Positions 35,424-47,474 of a stretch of DNA of 64,000 nucleotides are shown piece after piece (within the stretch, counting starts at the first letter, position 1; each line of letters starts with the position of its first letter). The stretch spans positions 12,462,001-12,526,000 of the forward strand of contig OZ059896.1 in the NCBI GenBank assembly GCA_964057225.1, written 5' to 3'. The translations under genes were made by a program, and so were the position numbers. This DNA is from Auanema rhodensis. Its lineage: Eukaryota > Animalia > Nematoda. Under the pieces are notes generated by a model that was not told the origin of the DNA, did not search any database, and saw only the letters and a program-made list of their open reading frames with translations.

Positions 35424-35519
35424 GTTTGTAGCCCAATTGGAGGCTTTTCCTAAACAACAACGAACTTTTACGTCTAGGGTCCAAGTAGAGTAGAGGAAAG
35501 TCCTAGCAGCAGTCTGTTG

Positions 35520-35645
35520 ACGTTGGATCAGATCGTCGACTTGTTGGCAGAGGTGGATCGGCGAGAAGATTTGGTGGCGGAGCTGGATCGGAGAGTAGAC
35601 TTGTTGACAGAGCTGGATCGTAGAGTCGACTTGTTGGCGGAGCTG
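35520..35645. repeat. 30-bp tandem repeat, about 4 copies
   Basis: Units like GAGCTGGATCGGAGAGTAGACTTGTTGACA repeat with a 30-nt period. Confidence 0.85.
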
Positions 35646-36369
35646 AAATGCAAATTTCGGTCTAAAAAATTTTGCCACCTTTTATACAAACTTCGTTGTA
35701 AAGCTATACCCACTCCGCCTCTTTCACAAAACAGTTGACTGCTGTATGCGGCTTTTCTATTTGTTATATATTACAACAAATGTATGCATTTATACATTAA
35801 TTAGCAGTTTGTTGCGCAAACAGCTGCCAAATGCGCTAAAATACACCGATTGCGCCAACAGTTGCCGGATTAACAACCTGTAAACTATCCGCTTATTAAT
35901 TACTTGTTACATCATTCGATTTCGTAAATACAAATATTTAACAATAATTCAACTCATTTGTGACAAGTCCCTATACAATAACAACTGTCATCCAAAATTG
36001 TGGAAGATTACAATAGGATCGTTTAATATTGTATTCATATTCTTATTATAACAGCTGTGGTACACTCTTACTTTTATAGTTTAGGAAACACTAATTCAAA
36101 ATGTTGGATCCTACTGAGGAAACGCAGGATTGTTGCGAAAAACAGACTTGTACACATCCGATTACAAGTACAACATTTCCAGACACTTTGTAAAAAAAGA
36201 AACTCTTACAAAATGTTAACACATGTTCTAATTTTAAATGAAAATTTATTGTTCAATAAATATATTACGAAACATTTATTCTATTCTTGAACATAGTTAT
36301 GAAATACATTAGCTATCAGAACATTTATAAACTATTAGGGCTACAACAACAATTACTTTAAAGTAACAT

Positions 36370-37224
36370 TTTTGATGTTAAAAAGTTTGAAAATATTCGT
36401 ATATACTCATGACCCCTTGGCATAGTAAGTATTCTTTAGCGTTTTGGGTACATGTGGTGTACAGCTATTTATCATATTTTTATGAACACAACTTTTGCCA
36501 TGTGGTACATGTGTAGTGCACCTGTTTTAACGATCTTATCGAATTAACCTTCGATATGTGTTTCATTAAATTTAGTTTAAATATTTATTACTTCTTATCG
36601 AATTAACCTTCGATATGAGTTCCATTGATTAACCCATAAGAGGTACGGTGAACATATTGATTACCTTTTAAAAATATTTAAATAAATAAAAAACAATATA
36701 TATGAGAAATAATTTATTCAGTTTTAAAGATACAATTAAAAAATATATAAATATTTTATTCTTATTCAGTTTTAAAGATACAATAAAAAAATATATAAAT
36801 ATTAAAATACATTCAAAAAGAAATATTATTAAAAATATATTTAAAAAAAAACAATTAAATAATAATATTTACAAATACAATTTAAAATATATATAAATAT
36901 TAAAAATACATTTAAAAAGAAATAAGTTTAAAAATATTTACAAATACAATTAACAAATATATAAATAATAAAAGTTCATTTAAAATAATACATTAAAAAA
37001 TAATTTTAAAAATGATTTTAAAAAAAAATCATGCATTTTGATCCATGCGCAGGCTCGAGAGCCTGCCTCGGGAGGAAAAGTATATTTTTGACAGCTGACG
37101 CCGAAAATATGATTTTGACAGCTGACGCCCCCAAAAGTATGTTTTTAGCAGCTGACGCCCTCAAAAGTATGTTTTTAGCAACTGTTTGGGGGCGTGGTTA
37201 GTAAATTCGACATGGCTCTCTACT
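36370..37224 (-). repeat. Maverick right terminal inverted repeat
   Basis: Reverse complement of the left end, including the GGCGTCAGCTG repeats and the GCAGGCTC-NN-GAGCCTGC hairpin. Confidence 0.9.
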
Positions 37225-37693
37225 TACGTCGCACACACCAAAACGTGTTGTAGTAGGTGTTGTCGGCGCACACGCTTATAATGGTACTTTCAAGCATTCG
37301 CCATTCAACTTAAAACCGTTTGATTTCAAAAATATATGAATACTTGACACTCAACAATAGAGGAATACCTACCCAACTTTATAAATCAGAATGGCGATCT
37401 TCCTATACCACAGCATATATTGACATGTTGGAAGGTTTGGTTGTACAGAGTCATTCAATGGTATTACACCAGTAATGTATAAAGCTGGTTTCACATTTTT
37501 TGTATTTGATATTTCTCCTACTGTGCATTCGTCGAAGTTATTTGATGTTATACGACAAGGTAATGTAGCCTTTAAATTGGAATTTGGTCAACAAACGCCG
37601 CAACAGGGCTTATAGGCTATTGTTTATGCAGAGTATGACTCTATTCTTTCCATTGACAACAATCGTGCTCCTTATATTGATACCAGTTTGTAA
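37225..37693 (+). pseudogene. 3' part of the MCP gene of an older Maverick; its 5' continuation is at 20181-20218
   Basis: Homologous to the reverse complement of 27844-28315 (TSHTPKRVVVG...IDTSL*), with frameshifts. Confidence 0.9.
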
Positions 37694-37744
37694 TGTATAT
37701 AATAATTTCTTTTTTTTAATTTCATACTTTCAAAGTTCACCACT

Positions 37745-38400
37745 GACGCAGCCGTGTGGTCCAACGTCTGACAACTATAGAATTATTTAACAAGTCAAAA
37801 CTCGTACTTACCACTCCCTTTGCCTTTGTTACATATTTTACATCACCAGCTGCATTTACTAGTTCATAGCTATAAACGTTGGCCGCTGGTGATGGTTTTT
37901 TCATAAACCTAAATTTTTCAAATTAAAATATTCATAAAAATCATAATTATTTCTTCCATTGTTTCACCATTTCTGCGTGCTATAGCAGTCTTGTTGGTGC
38001 CCCGGGGAGAACCATGGTGAATACAGCCATTAATCTACAAAATTTTGCATTTTTTACAGTTATTACAAATTACTCACCTCATAGCCATGATTGGCAACGC
38101 TGTCATAATCATCAAGTAGATAGTGTTGGCCATCTACTCTCACTGCAAATTCGCCACCATTCAGCTTATGCATCAATGAGCGGCCCAACCCTTGTTCTAG
38201 CCATATTATATACTTTAAGGCTTATATACTCTGCTTTGTGATAATGATCACAATTTTCAAATGTCTGAATTTAATCTTATAAAATTTTATATATTTTTTT
38301 CTAAATTACATTCAACATTCCACATGTTTTTTTAATATGCCTGTCAAAGCATTGACGAGTTTGAAACAAAGCTCTTCAATTATCACATCTTATGCTACTT
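37745..38400 (-). pseudogene. Deleted pPolB remnants of the older Maverick
   Basis: Colinear pieces of exons 14/13, 10/9/8 and 6/5, joined by large deletions, with intron boundaries retained. Confidence 0.8.
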
Positions 38401-38415
38401 TCAACCTTTCAACCA

Positions 38416-39717
38416 CTACCTCTCAGAGTTTGCATAATTTTATTCTAACAGGATGCAATGGCTGCTAACAGGTTGTGTTTTTTTCTCTCTTTTTTTTATT
38501 AAAATATTTATTTTCAGCTATAAGCGTGTATGTGAAGAGTTGGGTTTCGATTATGAAAAAATTCATCAGCTCAGGTAATTTAACAATATTTTTAAAATAT
38601 ACATCTTTTTTTTTGGTAAGTGCATGAAACTTACCGAGAGTGGTGGATTTGAGCTCTGCGACTTCGCAACAACCACTTCCAATAGTGGTCCCTCGTCATC
38701 AAGTGTTATTGAAGTTATCACCTTGGATGACAGCGATAATGAGTGAGCTATCGTATAATGAAAAAGCATGAAATTTTTTTTCCAGGACATGGAATCCCGA
38801 GATACCATCAACTAGTGGAGAACAATTAGGAAGCCGTTCATCCTCCAACAATATTTGTCTATTAAAGGTACGAGCTTTTCCTTTTTTTCATGTTACAATT
38901 CTTTTCACTCTATATCTCTTATTTGATTACTTAACTTAAAAAATTTTAAATTTTGCCAGTTATTTTTGAACAAATCATCATACATTTGGAGGCTTTTAGA
39001 AAAATAAATTGTTAAAGTAATGAATACAATTGAATCTTATTCCAAATCCATGCCATAATATTATTTATTAAAATTTTAATCATTAAAATACATTCAAATT
39101 TGAATATTTTGATATACAAAAATTGAAACATTTAAATGTTTTATATTTTTTAAACCATTTCACTCCATCCCTTTTATTTAATTCCATATTTCAAACAATT
39201 TTAAATTTCTACCACTATTTAATTTTTATTTATTAAATTTCTAAACATTAAAAAAAAATTTTGATGCTTAAAAACTGAAACATTTAATTATTTCGTATTT
39301 TTCTAATCGTTTTGAAACAAACTAAACATATTTTTGAAACCATTTCAATTAATAAAAAAAAATGACTATAACAAACAAAAACACATAAAAATTATAAGCA
39401 AAAGTTGGAACAATTCATATATATTCTTAAAACTATTTTTATTTAAACTTTCAAAAAAAATAAAAAAGCATGTAAACTGCTATAAATGTTGTATACTATA
39501 GTGGCCACACTGGCGCATAAAACGCACCGGTTGTTTTACCAACATGGTTGTTTGATCGCTCACGTTCCCACACTTAGAATCTTTTGATGAGCCAATGCAT
39601 GTTATCATGCCGAGGTTATTCAACGAATTCCATGATCGTTCTCTTGCTGAAAGCGGTGTGCCTGAAGCAAAAAGCCTTTTTTTGTTTATCTATTGAGCAC
39701 CCTTCCTTTGAAAAGGG
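38416..39717 (+). pseudogene. 5' part of pPolB (exons 1-5) from a related Maverick copy, inverted relative to the preceding remnant
   Basis: High similarity to 21900-23697, including ATGGCTGCTAACAG. Intron 4 is shorter, with fewer repeat units. Confidence 0.88.
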
Positions 39718-41465
39718 ATCACTACGAGATCAGTTAGACGAACATCGAGTGATGCTTGAGGAACGTACCCATGTGGACTACCCAGCAACTTGGTTGTAAT
39801 TATACCAAGATAGCTATAAAAGGATGTTGGCCAAACACCTTCAAGCCCATAAGACCATGAAAGCTCATGAAATCGACCAAGTTTTCACTAAAGACATTGG
39901 CGAAGAACATCCGACTATTGCGATGAGAGATCTCATGGTGAACACAGGCGAAGTTGAGGAATATACTCAATTTATCCAACTTCGCCGAGATAAATTCGAT
40001 GACTATCAGAGTTCATTTGACTCTACGGTACATACAGAAGATTGTGTTAAAAGATCACTAATACAAAAGAAAAGAACATCTGCTATAGTAAAAAATAGAA
40101 TTGAAACATGCACAAAGAAAAATGAACAACGGTACAATACACGAAATAGAATAAAAAATAAATAAATTCAGGTTAATGACTTAGTTATGATAAAAATGAT
40201 AAAAGTCATGTCTACACGAAACAAACTAACACCTTCATTCGAAAGGCCTCACTCGGTTACAGCAGTTCAAAGGTCGTTCCTCGTGGTTCAAACCATTACA
40301 GGGAAAAGCAGGAAAGTACACAAGGATTTTGTCATACCTTACCAACGTACAATATCCATTCTAGTCATCACAATTTCTTGAAGGTATTTTTTTTCAACCA
40401 ATTCAAGTTGTTGAAATATTTTTTATTTTGTGCCATTTCTGATTGCAACACTTCTTTATTGTTGATTGATTTTTCTCTGAGAAGGCTGCTATTGTTTTCC
40501 AAGGTTTTGTTTTATTACTTCAATTCATTGAATAGATTTTTCCAACATTCTCTTGTATTTGTTATGCAAAATCATTACTTGTATTAACCTTAAATACATT
40601 AGTCATACGGGTTGAACAAGTTTTCATTTTTTTGAACAGAACGGGCTCGACCTATTCTTAGGGTAACACCTTCTTCACTGCTGCTTGAAAAATACTTTGA
40701 CTTCTTTCAATATTGATAGCAGAAAAATACACTCTTTTATTGAAGATGGAGCAGATGGTAAATATTGTTAAACAGATACGATAATACGTATTTATCAGAA
40801 TGTTTTGCGCACTTGGTTCAGTTGGTTGTTATTGGTTTTGATTTAATTGTAAATAATGTAATAATTGAGATGCTTAAATATGATATTAAAGATCCCGTTT
40901 TGATTGAATTAAAAAAAATGAACAACGGTACAATACACGAAATAGAAATAAGAAATAAATAAATTCAGGTTAATGACTTAGTTATGATAAAAATGATAAA
41001 AGTCATGTCCACACGAAACAAACTAACACTTTCATTCGAAAGGCCTTATTTAGTTACAGCAGTTCAAAGGTCGTTCCTCGTGGTTCGAACCATTACAGGA
41101 AAAAGCAGGAAAGTACACAAGTTCATTTTTTTGTACAGAACGGGCTCAACCTATTCATAGGGTAACACCGTATCTGTACAACTCAAGAAAATGATCGAAT
41201 ATCAAAGTCAAATGGTTGAGAAGCAAATTCTCGTTTGCAAGCATTTCACTACTCAACGATTTGGAATAGAATCTACTCAATACTACATTTCAAATTCAAC
41301 AAACTTAAAGAGACAATAGCTAAACTTTCAAAACTTATTGTATACATTTTTTAAAATTTTTATCCACTACATCATAATTTTTTTTTCAACATCCAACTAT
41401 CTTGAAAAGTAAATTTATTTATTTTGTTTTTGAACAGGGACGTTTAACGTTTTAAGGTGGGAGGA

Positions 41466-41770
41466 TGTCACATCTGCAAGCACATGGTAAACATGTGCGC
41501 GCTATTCAGATAGCGGGAGCCTGAACAAGTCTCGCCTACAACATGGGAGACACATGGCACTCTTGCTTCTGGCCTGACCCAGATAGGTTGTCTTATAGCC
41601 ACGTGAGTCTCATCTCAATAGATTCTCTATTTTCATACTTCGTTTTATCTTTTCATCATCTTTTTTATGGTAATTCTCATATTGTATTTTATTGTAATTT
41701 GATCATGAATCCTTTCTTTTTTAACATTTGTCTTGATAAGAAAATCGGAGCGTTCGGCTCTCTACTAACA
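41466..41770 (+). mobile_element. Probable 3' LTR preceded by a polypurine tract; inverted copy at ~46710-47012
   Basis: AAGGTGGGAGGA immediately followed by TGTCACA. Partial copies at ~11830-11965 and ~42240-42380. Confidence 0.5.
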
Positions 41771-41789
41771 TACCATAAGATATTTTGGT

Positions 41790-42146
41790 GACAATATCCA
41801 AAACAGTTTTCCTCGAAGGAACTTTGCATGAAGGGTTCAAATTGTTTACAATCTCATGAAGAAACCTGTTTTCTAGTGAGTAAGCTGGAGCATATGATGT
41901 TGCTATGTACAAAGCAAAAAACAATTCAGTTCAGCCTGGTTACACTCCTTCTTAGTAGGAAAGAAATTGGTTAGTTTTCCAGCAGAAGACGTTTTCATTG
42001 GGTGGCACTGGTTCATATGTCTGTTCAACATAGTAGTAGATCCACACTTAGTGTATGCAACATCACATTTCTTACATTTTTAATAAGGTTTTTTAACACC
42101 AACACCAGAGAAATGATCATAAAACGTAGTGTACTTGCGAGTCATG
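41790..42146 (-). pseudogene. hAT-type transposase N-terminus with BED zinc finger; copy at 46332-46690 (+)
   Basis: YDHF...KCKKC...GSTTMLNRHMNQCHP, followed by PAYSLEN.FL...LNPSCKVPSRKTV. Confidence 0.75.
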
Positions 42147-45100
42147 TTTAGAAATTATTAAAGTTTAGGGATACTTAAATCTCTTTTCAGTCTAACTTAC
42201 CTTACGGGATGAATAAAACGGTTGTCGATAATTAAATATCATGCCTACAACATGGGACACACATGGCACTCTTGCTTCTGGCCTGACCAAGACGGGTTGT
42301 CTTATAGCCATGTGAGTCTCATCTCAATAGATTCTCTATTTTATTACTTTATTTTATCTTTTTATCATCTTTCTTAATGTAATTCGGGTCTGCCTACCTT
42401 AGGAACGTGGTAGAAGTACATATATCTTCCGACCATGAAAAGACGGGGAAAATTAGTATGTAACGCAGTTATTAATGTTTATTAAATTAACCCTCGATAT
42501 GCGTCGCGTTGAGGTCAGCGCAACTGTTTGTTAATCTTATGATATAAACATTCAATGTGTGCTCTATAGAAATTTTGTATTGGTTTCTATAGTAAAATAA
42601 AATGTTAAACTATTCTAATATGTTCATATTTTCTTGTATTTTGAGAATTTCACTTGTTACAATAAATTTGACAGCTTATGCGCCCCCAAAAATATGTTTT
42701 TAGCAGCTGACGCCGTCCAAAGTATACTTTTGACAGCTGTTTGGGAGCGTAGTTATTAAATTTTACACGGCTCTCTGCTCACATAGCTCTAAAGCAACGG
42801 ATATAAATTGGAGCAAAAATGAAACCTTGTTATACGTGTCTCATTTTATAGGCGTGGCTGTAGGCTTTGATCATTTGAATAGCTCGCATATGTTTAGCAT
42901 GTGCTTGCAGATTTGACAGTGAGAAAAATCGATTGGAAATAGAAAGAAAAAAAAATATTAAGTTTCAAGCTGCTTGATAGTGTAGTTTAGATGTGTATAT
43001 TTCACGACTTGTTATTTCGGACATAAACTAAAGTGAATCTGTGAAACATATATCGCCCAAAACAAAAAACAAAATTTGAAAGTTCCGCCATGATTTAAAC
43101 TGGGGTCGAGCATTCAGAGTCCTAAGTGTTGACCACTACACCACGGACCCACTGTAATCTGTCACAAAAGAATTGCCATATATAAGATTTGATCTTCCTT
43201 CTTGTTTAAAACAAAAGGGAAGAATTCATGAACAATATGAGCAAGAGGAGATTTCAAAATTTTGAGTTTTTTGAAGTTGGAACTCAGGTTATTGCTGTTT
43301 TCCAAGTTTGTTACTGTTGTAGTAGTCAAATAAGAAAATCCTCTTTTTATTTTCAACAACCAAGTTCGGAATTAAAATTTATTACTCCAGCTCGAATTTT
43401 AAAAAACACAGTTTTGGGCAGTAAAACTAATATTAATGACACAACGACTCTTCCACACTTTTTATATTCGAAATATTATATATGTTTTTCTACTTTTGTT
43501 GTTAGTTGGGCAGAACCGAATGCTTTGATCGATATTTTGATATAAACGTAAGCAGATAAAAGAAGTCATTATTAGATCACAAGAAATTACAGTATGAGTT
43601 ATACATTAGGTATACCGATTGAAATTGAATGAAATAATAATCAAATATTAGGTTTTATGCTGCTTGATAATGTAGTACATGGTTATTTTCTAAGACTCAA
43701 AGTTTGGGACAAAAATCATAGTAAATCTGTAAAACATTTTTGGTAACTTTGTTGCTGAATAGTGGAAAAAACGAACTGAAAATAAAATAGTTCCGGCTTT
43801 AATCTGTGATGGAGAAAAAGCTCTTCTTGCTCTAAAAGTCGTTAGTTAGTCATACTTTAAATTTTCACGATGTGTTATAGAACAATGTTTTTTCTGAAAT
43901 GATTGTTGTAAGATGTGATGTGCATCTTCTTGGAAACGCAGTTTTCGAATTGAAAGCAAAAAAAACTGAAAAAGAAAATACAGAGGTGTTTGTTTGGTGA
44001 GACTAAAAAAGTGTGTCACTACATTTAAAACAGTTTCATAATGACAATACACTTCTCTTTACAGGATCCCCGTGGCAATATTTCGATGAACTGTCTGCTT
44101 GAATCGCTGGGTGAAGATCATTGGAATAAACTATTGAACAAGATTATTAAAAAAGAAAACAAAAAAGTTTCGGAATGGTAAGGCTAAATTAAAGTAAATG
44201 AGTACTATAAATGTTCCAAGATAAGTAGTTGAAGACAAATGCTCTATTCTTATCATTCACTAGAAACAAAACTGAGAAGCGGTCGTTTACAACAGTTTGT
44301 GAGTACGAATCTCATTGAATGCAGGAATGCTATTCTCAAAAATAGGATCACCGCTGAAACGTCTGCTGTTCCACTGTTATCTTTCTAAACTAATGTTTAT
44401 TTTTTCAGTAGAAGCACAAGAATTGATAAAAATGATCACTGGATTACGGAGTAAATTTTAACCAGTTGATCTTCAAATCTGGAATAATTTGAAATATAGG
44501 CACAGCTCGCAAAGCGAAAATATGCAGTATTTATCTCATTTCAATTTCAAAATTTTGTTGTTAAACAACAAGAACATATAAGAGTTCTTGATTCTTGAAA
44601 ACATATTCGTGAATGGCAGTAGGCCTGGTCTGAAAGAGATGTATTGAATAAATACATTTGAAACCAGTTCATTTTTTTCAGTTTCGTTAAAGATGTATTC
44701 ACCTAAATTATAAACATTCTAGAATCAATCACCTCAAGATACCTGTCTTTTAGATTGGCTGACTCGGGTTTAAGTTTCTGATAATTTTCAGACAAAGTAA
44801 TTCATCAGATGGATAAATTTCATTAAATAGAATTTTTTTCAATTTTACTTTTCGTAGATTTTGCAGAAGATAATTTGCATTATGGTACAGAAAGAAAATT
44901 TAAGAAAATGATATGAACCCATTCATGTTTCCTGACCAAGGTGAAAGAACATCTTGGGTACAAACTTAAAGATATTTGAAATCATCTTTCAATTTTACAA
45001 CAGTTAACAAGACATTGATAGGATATTCAGCAAAATCATGATAATGAACTCAAAAAATAGAAAAGACTAAGAGAAATAATACACTAACTTATCATTTTTA

Positions 45101-47474
45101 AACACTTTCAGAATTTCCTTTGATGCCGCAAAAGCTGTAGAACCACTCCATCCAAAAATCATTGTTCTGTAACAAATAAAGACCTCCTTGATCGAACTTA
45201 AAATAAGAATGTAAATATTATAAATGTGTGAAGTGTGCTGCGCATCTAACTAGTGTGCCATTACTTAAAATCGATAATTAGTCTTTTATAAGAATGTTTC
45301 TTTTTCTTTGTTAGTTTTCTGAACAGTAGTTTGGTTCTGATGTGCAAATTATTTGATGATGTGGAATGTGCGTTCCACTCATTTGATTCTCCAATCTTGA
45401 CATTTTTCAGAAACATTTGTACGCTAAATTGGAATTAACTGTACATTGACTGATATGTTGTTGAACTTGAATTTATCTCATGGTTAGCACTCAGGACTCT
45501 GAATCCTGCGAACCGAGTTCAAATCTCGCCGGATTTTGTTTTTTGTTTCGGCTGATATATGTTTCACAGATTTACTATGATTTTTGTCCCAAACTTTGAG
45601 TCTTAGAAAATAACCATGTACTACATTATCAAGCAGCATAAAACCTAATATTTGATTATTATTTCATTTAATTTCAATCGGTATATTTGATGTATATGTT
45701 AATGTATAACTCATACTGTAATTTCTTGTGATCTAATAATGACTTCTTTAATCTGCTTACGTTTATATCAAAATATCGATCAAAGCATTCGGTTCAGCCC
45801 AACTAACAACAAAAGTAGAAAAACATATATAATATTTCGAATATAAAAAGTGTGGAAGAGTCGTTGTGTCATTAATATTAGTTTTACTGCCCAAAACTGT
45901 GTTTTTTAAAATTCGAGCTGGAGTAATAAATTTTAATTCCGAACTTGGTTGTTGAAAATAAAAAGAGGATTTTCTTATTTGACTACTACAACAGTAACAA
46001 ACTTGGAGAACAGCAATAACCTGAGTTCCAACTTACAAGAAGGAAGATCAAATCTCATATATGGCAATTCTTTTGTGACAGATTACAGTGGTTCCGTGTT
46101 GTATAATATAATAAAGTATTATATAATAAAGTATTAAAATATAGAATCTATTGAGATGAGACTCACATGGATATAAGACAACCCGTCTTGGTCAGGCCAG
46201 AAGCAAGAGTGCCATGTGTGTCCCATGCTGTAGGCATGATATTTAATTATCGACAACCGTTTTATTCATCCCGTAAGGTAAGTTAGACTGAAAAGAGATT
46301 TAAGTATCCCTAAACTTTAATAATTTCTAAACATGACTCGCAAGTACACTACGTTTTATGATCATTTCTCTGGTGTTGGTGTTAAAAAACCTTATTAAAA
46401 ATGTAAGAAATGTGATGTTGCATACACTAAGTGTGGATCTACTACTATGTTGAACAGACGTATGAACCAGTGCCACCCAATGAAGACGTCTTCTGCTGGA
46501 AAACTAACCAATTTCTTTCCTACTAAGAAGGAGTGTAACCAGGCTGAACTGAATTGTTTTTTGCTTTGTACATAGCAACATCATATGCTCCAGCTTACTC
46601 ACTAGAAAACAAGTTTCTTCATGAGATTGTAAACAATTTGAACCCTTCATGCAAAGTTCCTTCGAGGAAAACTGTTTTGGATATTGTCACCAAAATATCT
46701 TATGGTATGTTAGTAGAGAGCCGAACGCTCCGATTTTCTTATCAAGACAAATGTTAAAAAAGAAAGGATTCATGATCAAATTACAATAAAATACAATATG
46801 AGAATTACCATAAAAAAGATGATGAAAAGATAAAACGAAGTATGAAAATAGAGAATCTATTGAGATGAGACTCACGTGGCTATAAGACAACCTATCTGGG
46901 TCAGGCCAGAAGCAAGAGTGCCATGTGTCTCCCATGTTGTAGGCGAGACTTGTTCAGGCTCCCGCTATCTGAATAGCGCGCACATGTTTACCATGTGCTT
47001 GCAGATGTGACATCCTCCCACCTTAAAACGTTAAACGTCCCTGTTCAAAAACAAAATAAATAAATTTACTTTTTAAGATAGTTGGATGTTGAAAAAAATT
47101 AAGGTGTAGTGGATAAAAATTTCAAAAAATGTATACAATAAGTTTTGAAAGTTTAGCTATTGTCTCTTCAAGTTTGTTAAATTCGAAAAGTAGTATTGAG
47201 TAGATTCTATTCCAAATAGTTGAGTAGTGAAATGCTTGCAAACGAGGTTTTGCTTCTTAACCATTTGACTTTGATATTCGATCATTTTCTTGAGTTGTAC
47301 AGATACGGTGTTACCCTGTTAATAGGTCGAGCCCGTTCTGTACAAAAAAATGAAAACTCGTTTAACCCGTATGACTAATGTCCGTACGGTGAATAGAAGT
47401 AATGATTAAGCATAAAGAATAACAAAGTTTACAAGAGAATGTTGGAAAAATCTATTCAATGTTTTTCTAGACTT

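Larger units (their letters stand above)
20219..37224. mobile_element. Full-length Maverick/Polinton (17,006 bp)
   Basis: Ends AGTAGAGAGCCATG...CATGGCTCTCTACT are inverted repeats. The identical 6-bp TSD TACGTC flanks both sides (20213-20218 and 37225-37230). Encodes pPolB, MCP, mCP, adenain protease, packaging ATPase and c-integrase. Confidence 0.97.
41125..47350. repeat. Large nested inverted duplication
   Basis: ~41125-42340 is the reverse complement of ~46135-47350, and ~43140-43735 of ~45560-46097. The centre is an inverted copy of ~14030-16075. Confidence 0.88.

Noticed and set aside
35517-35738. Coiled-coil protein on the + strand (DLLAELDRRV repeats)
   Set aside because: TTG start, no supporting signals, and the 30-bp repeat is open in several frames. 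Splice signals favour the minus strand.
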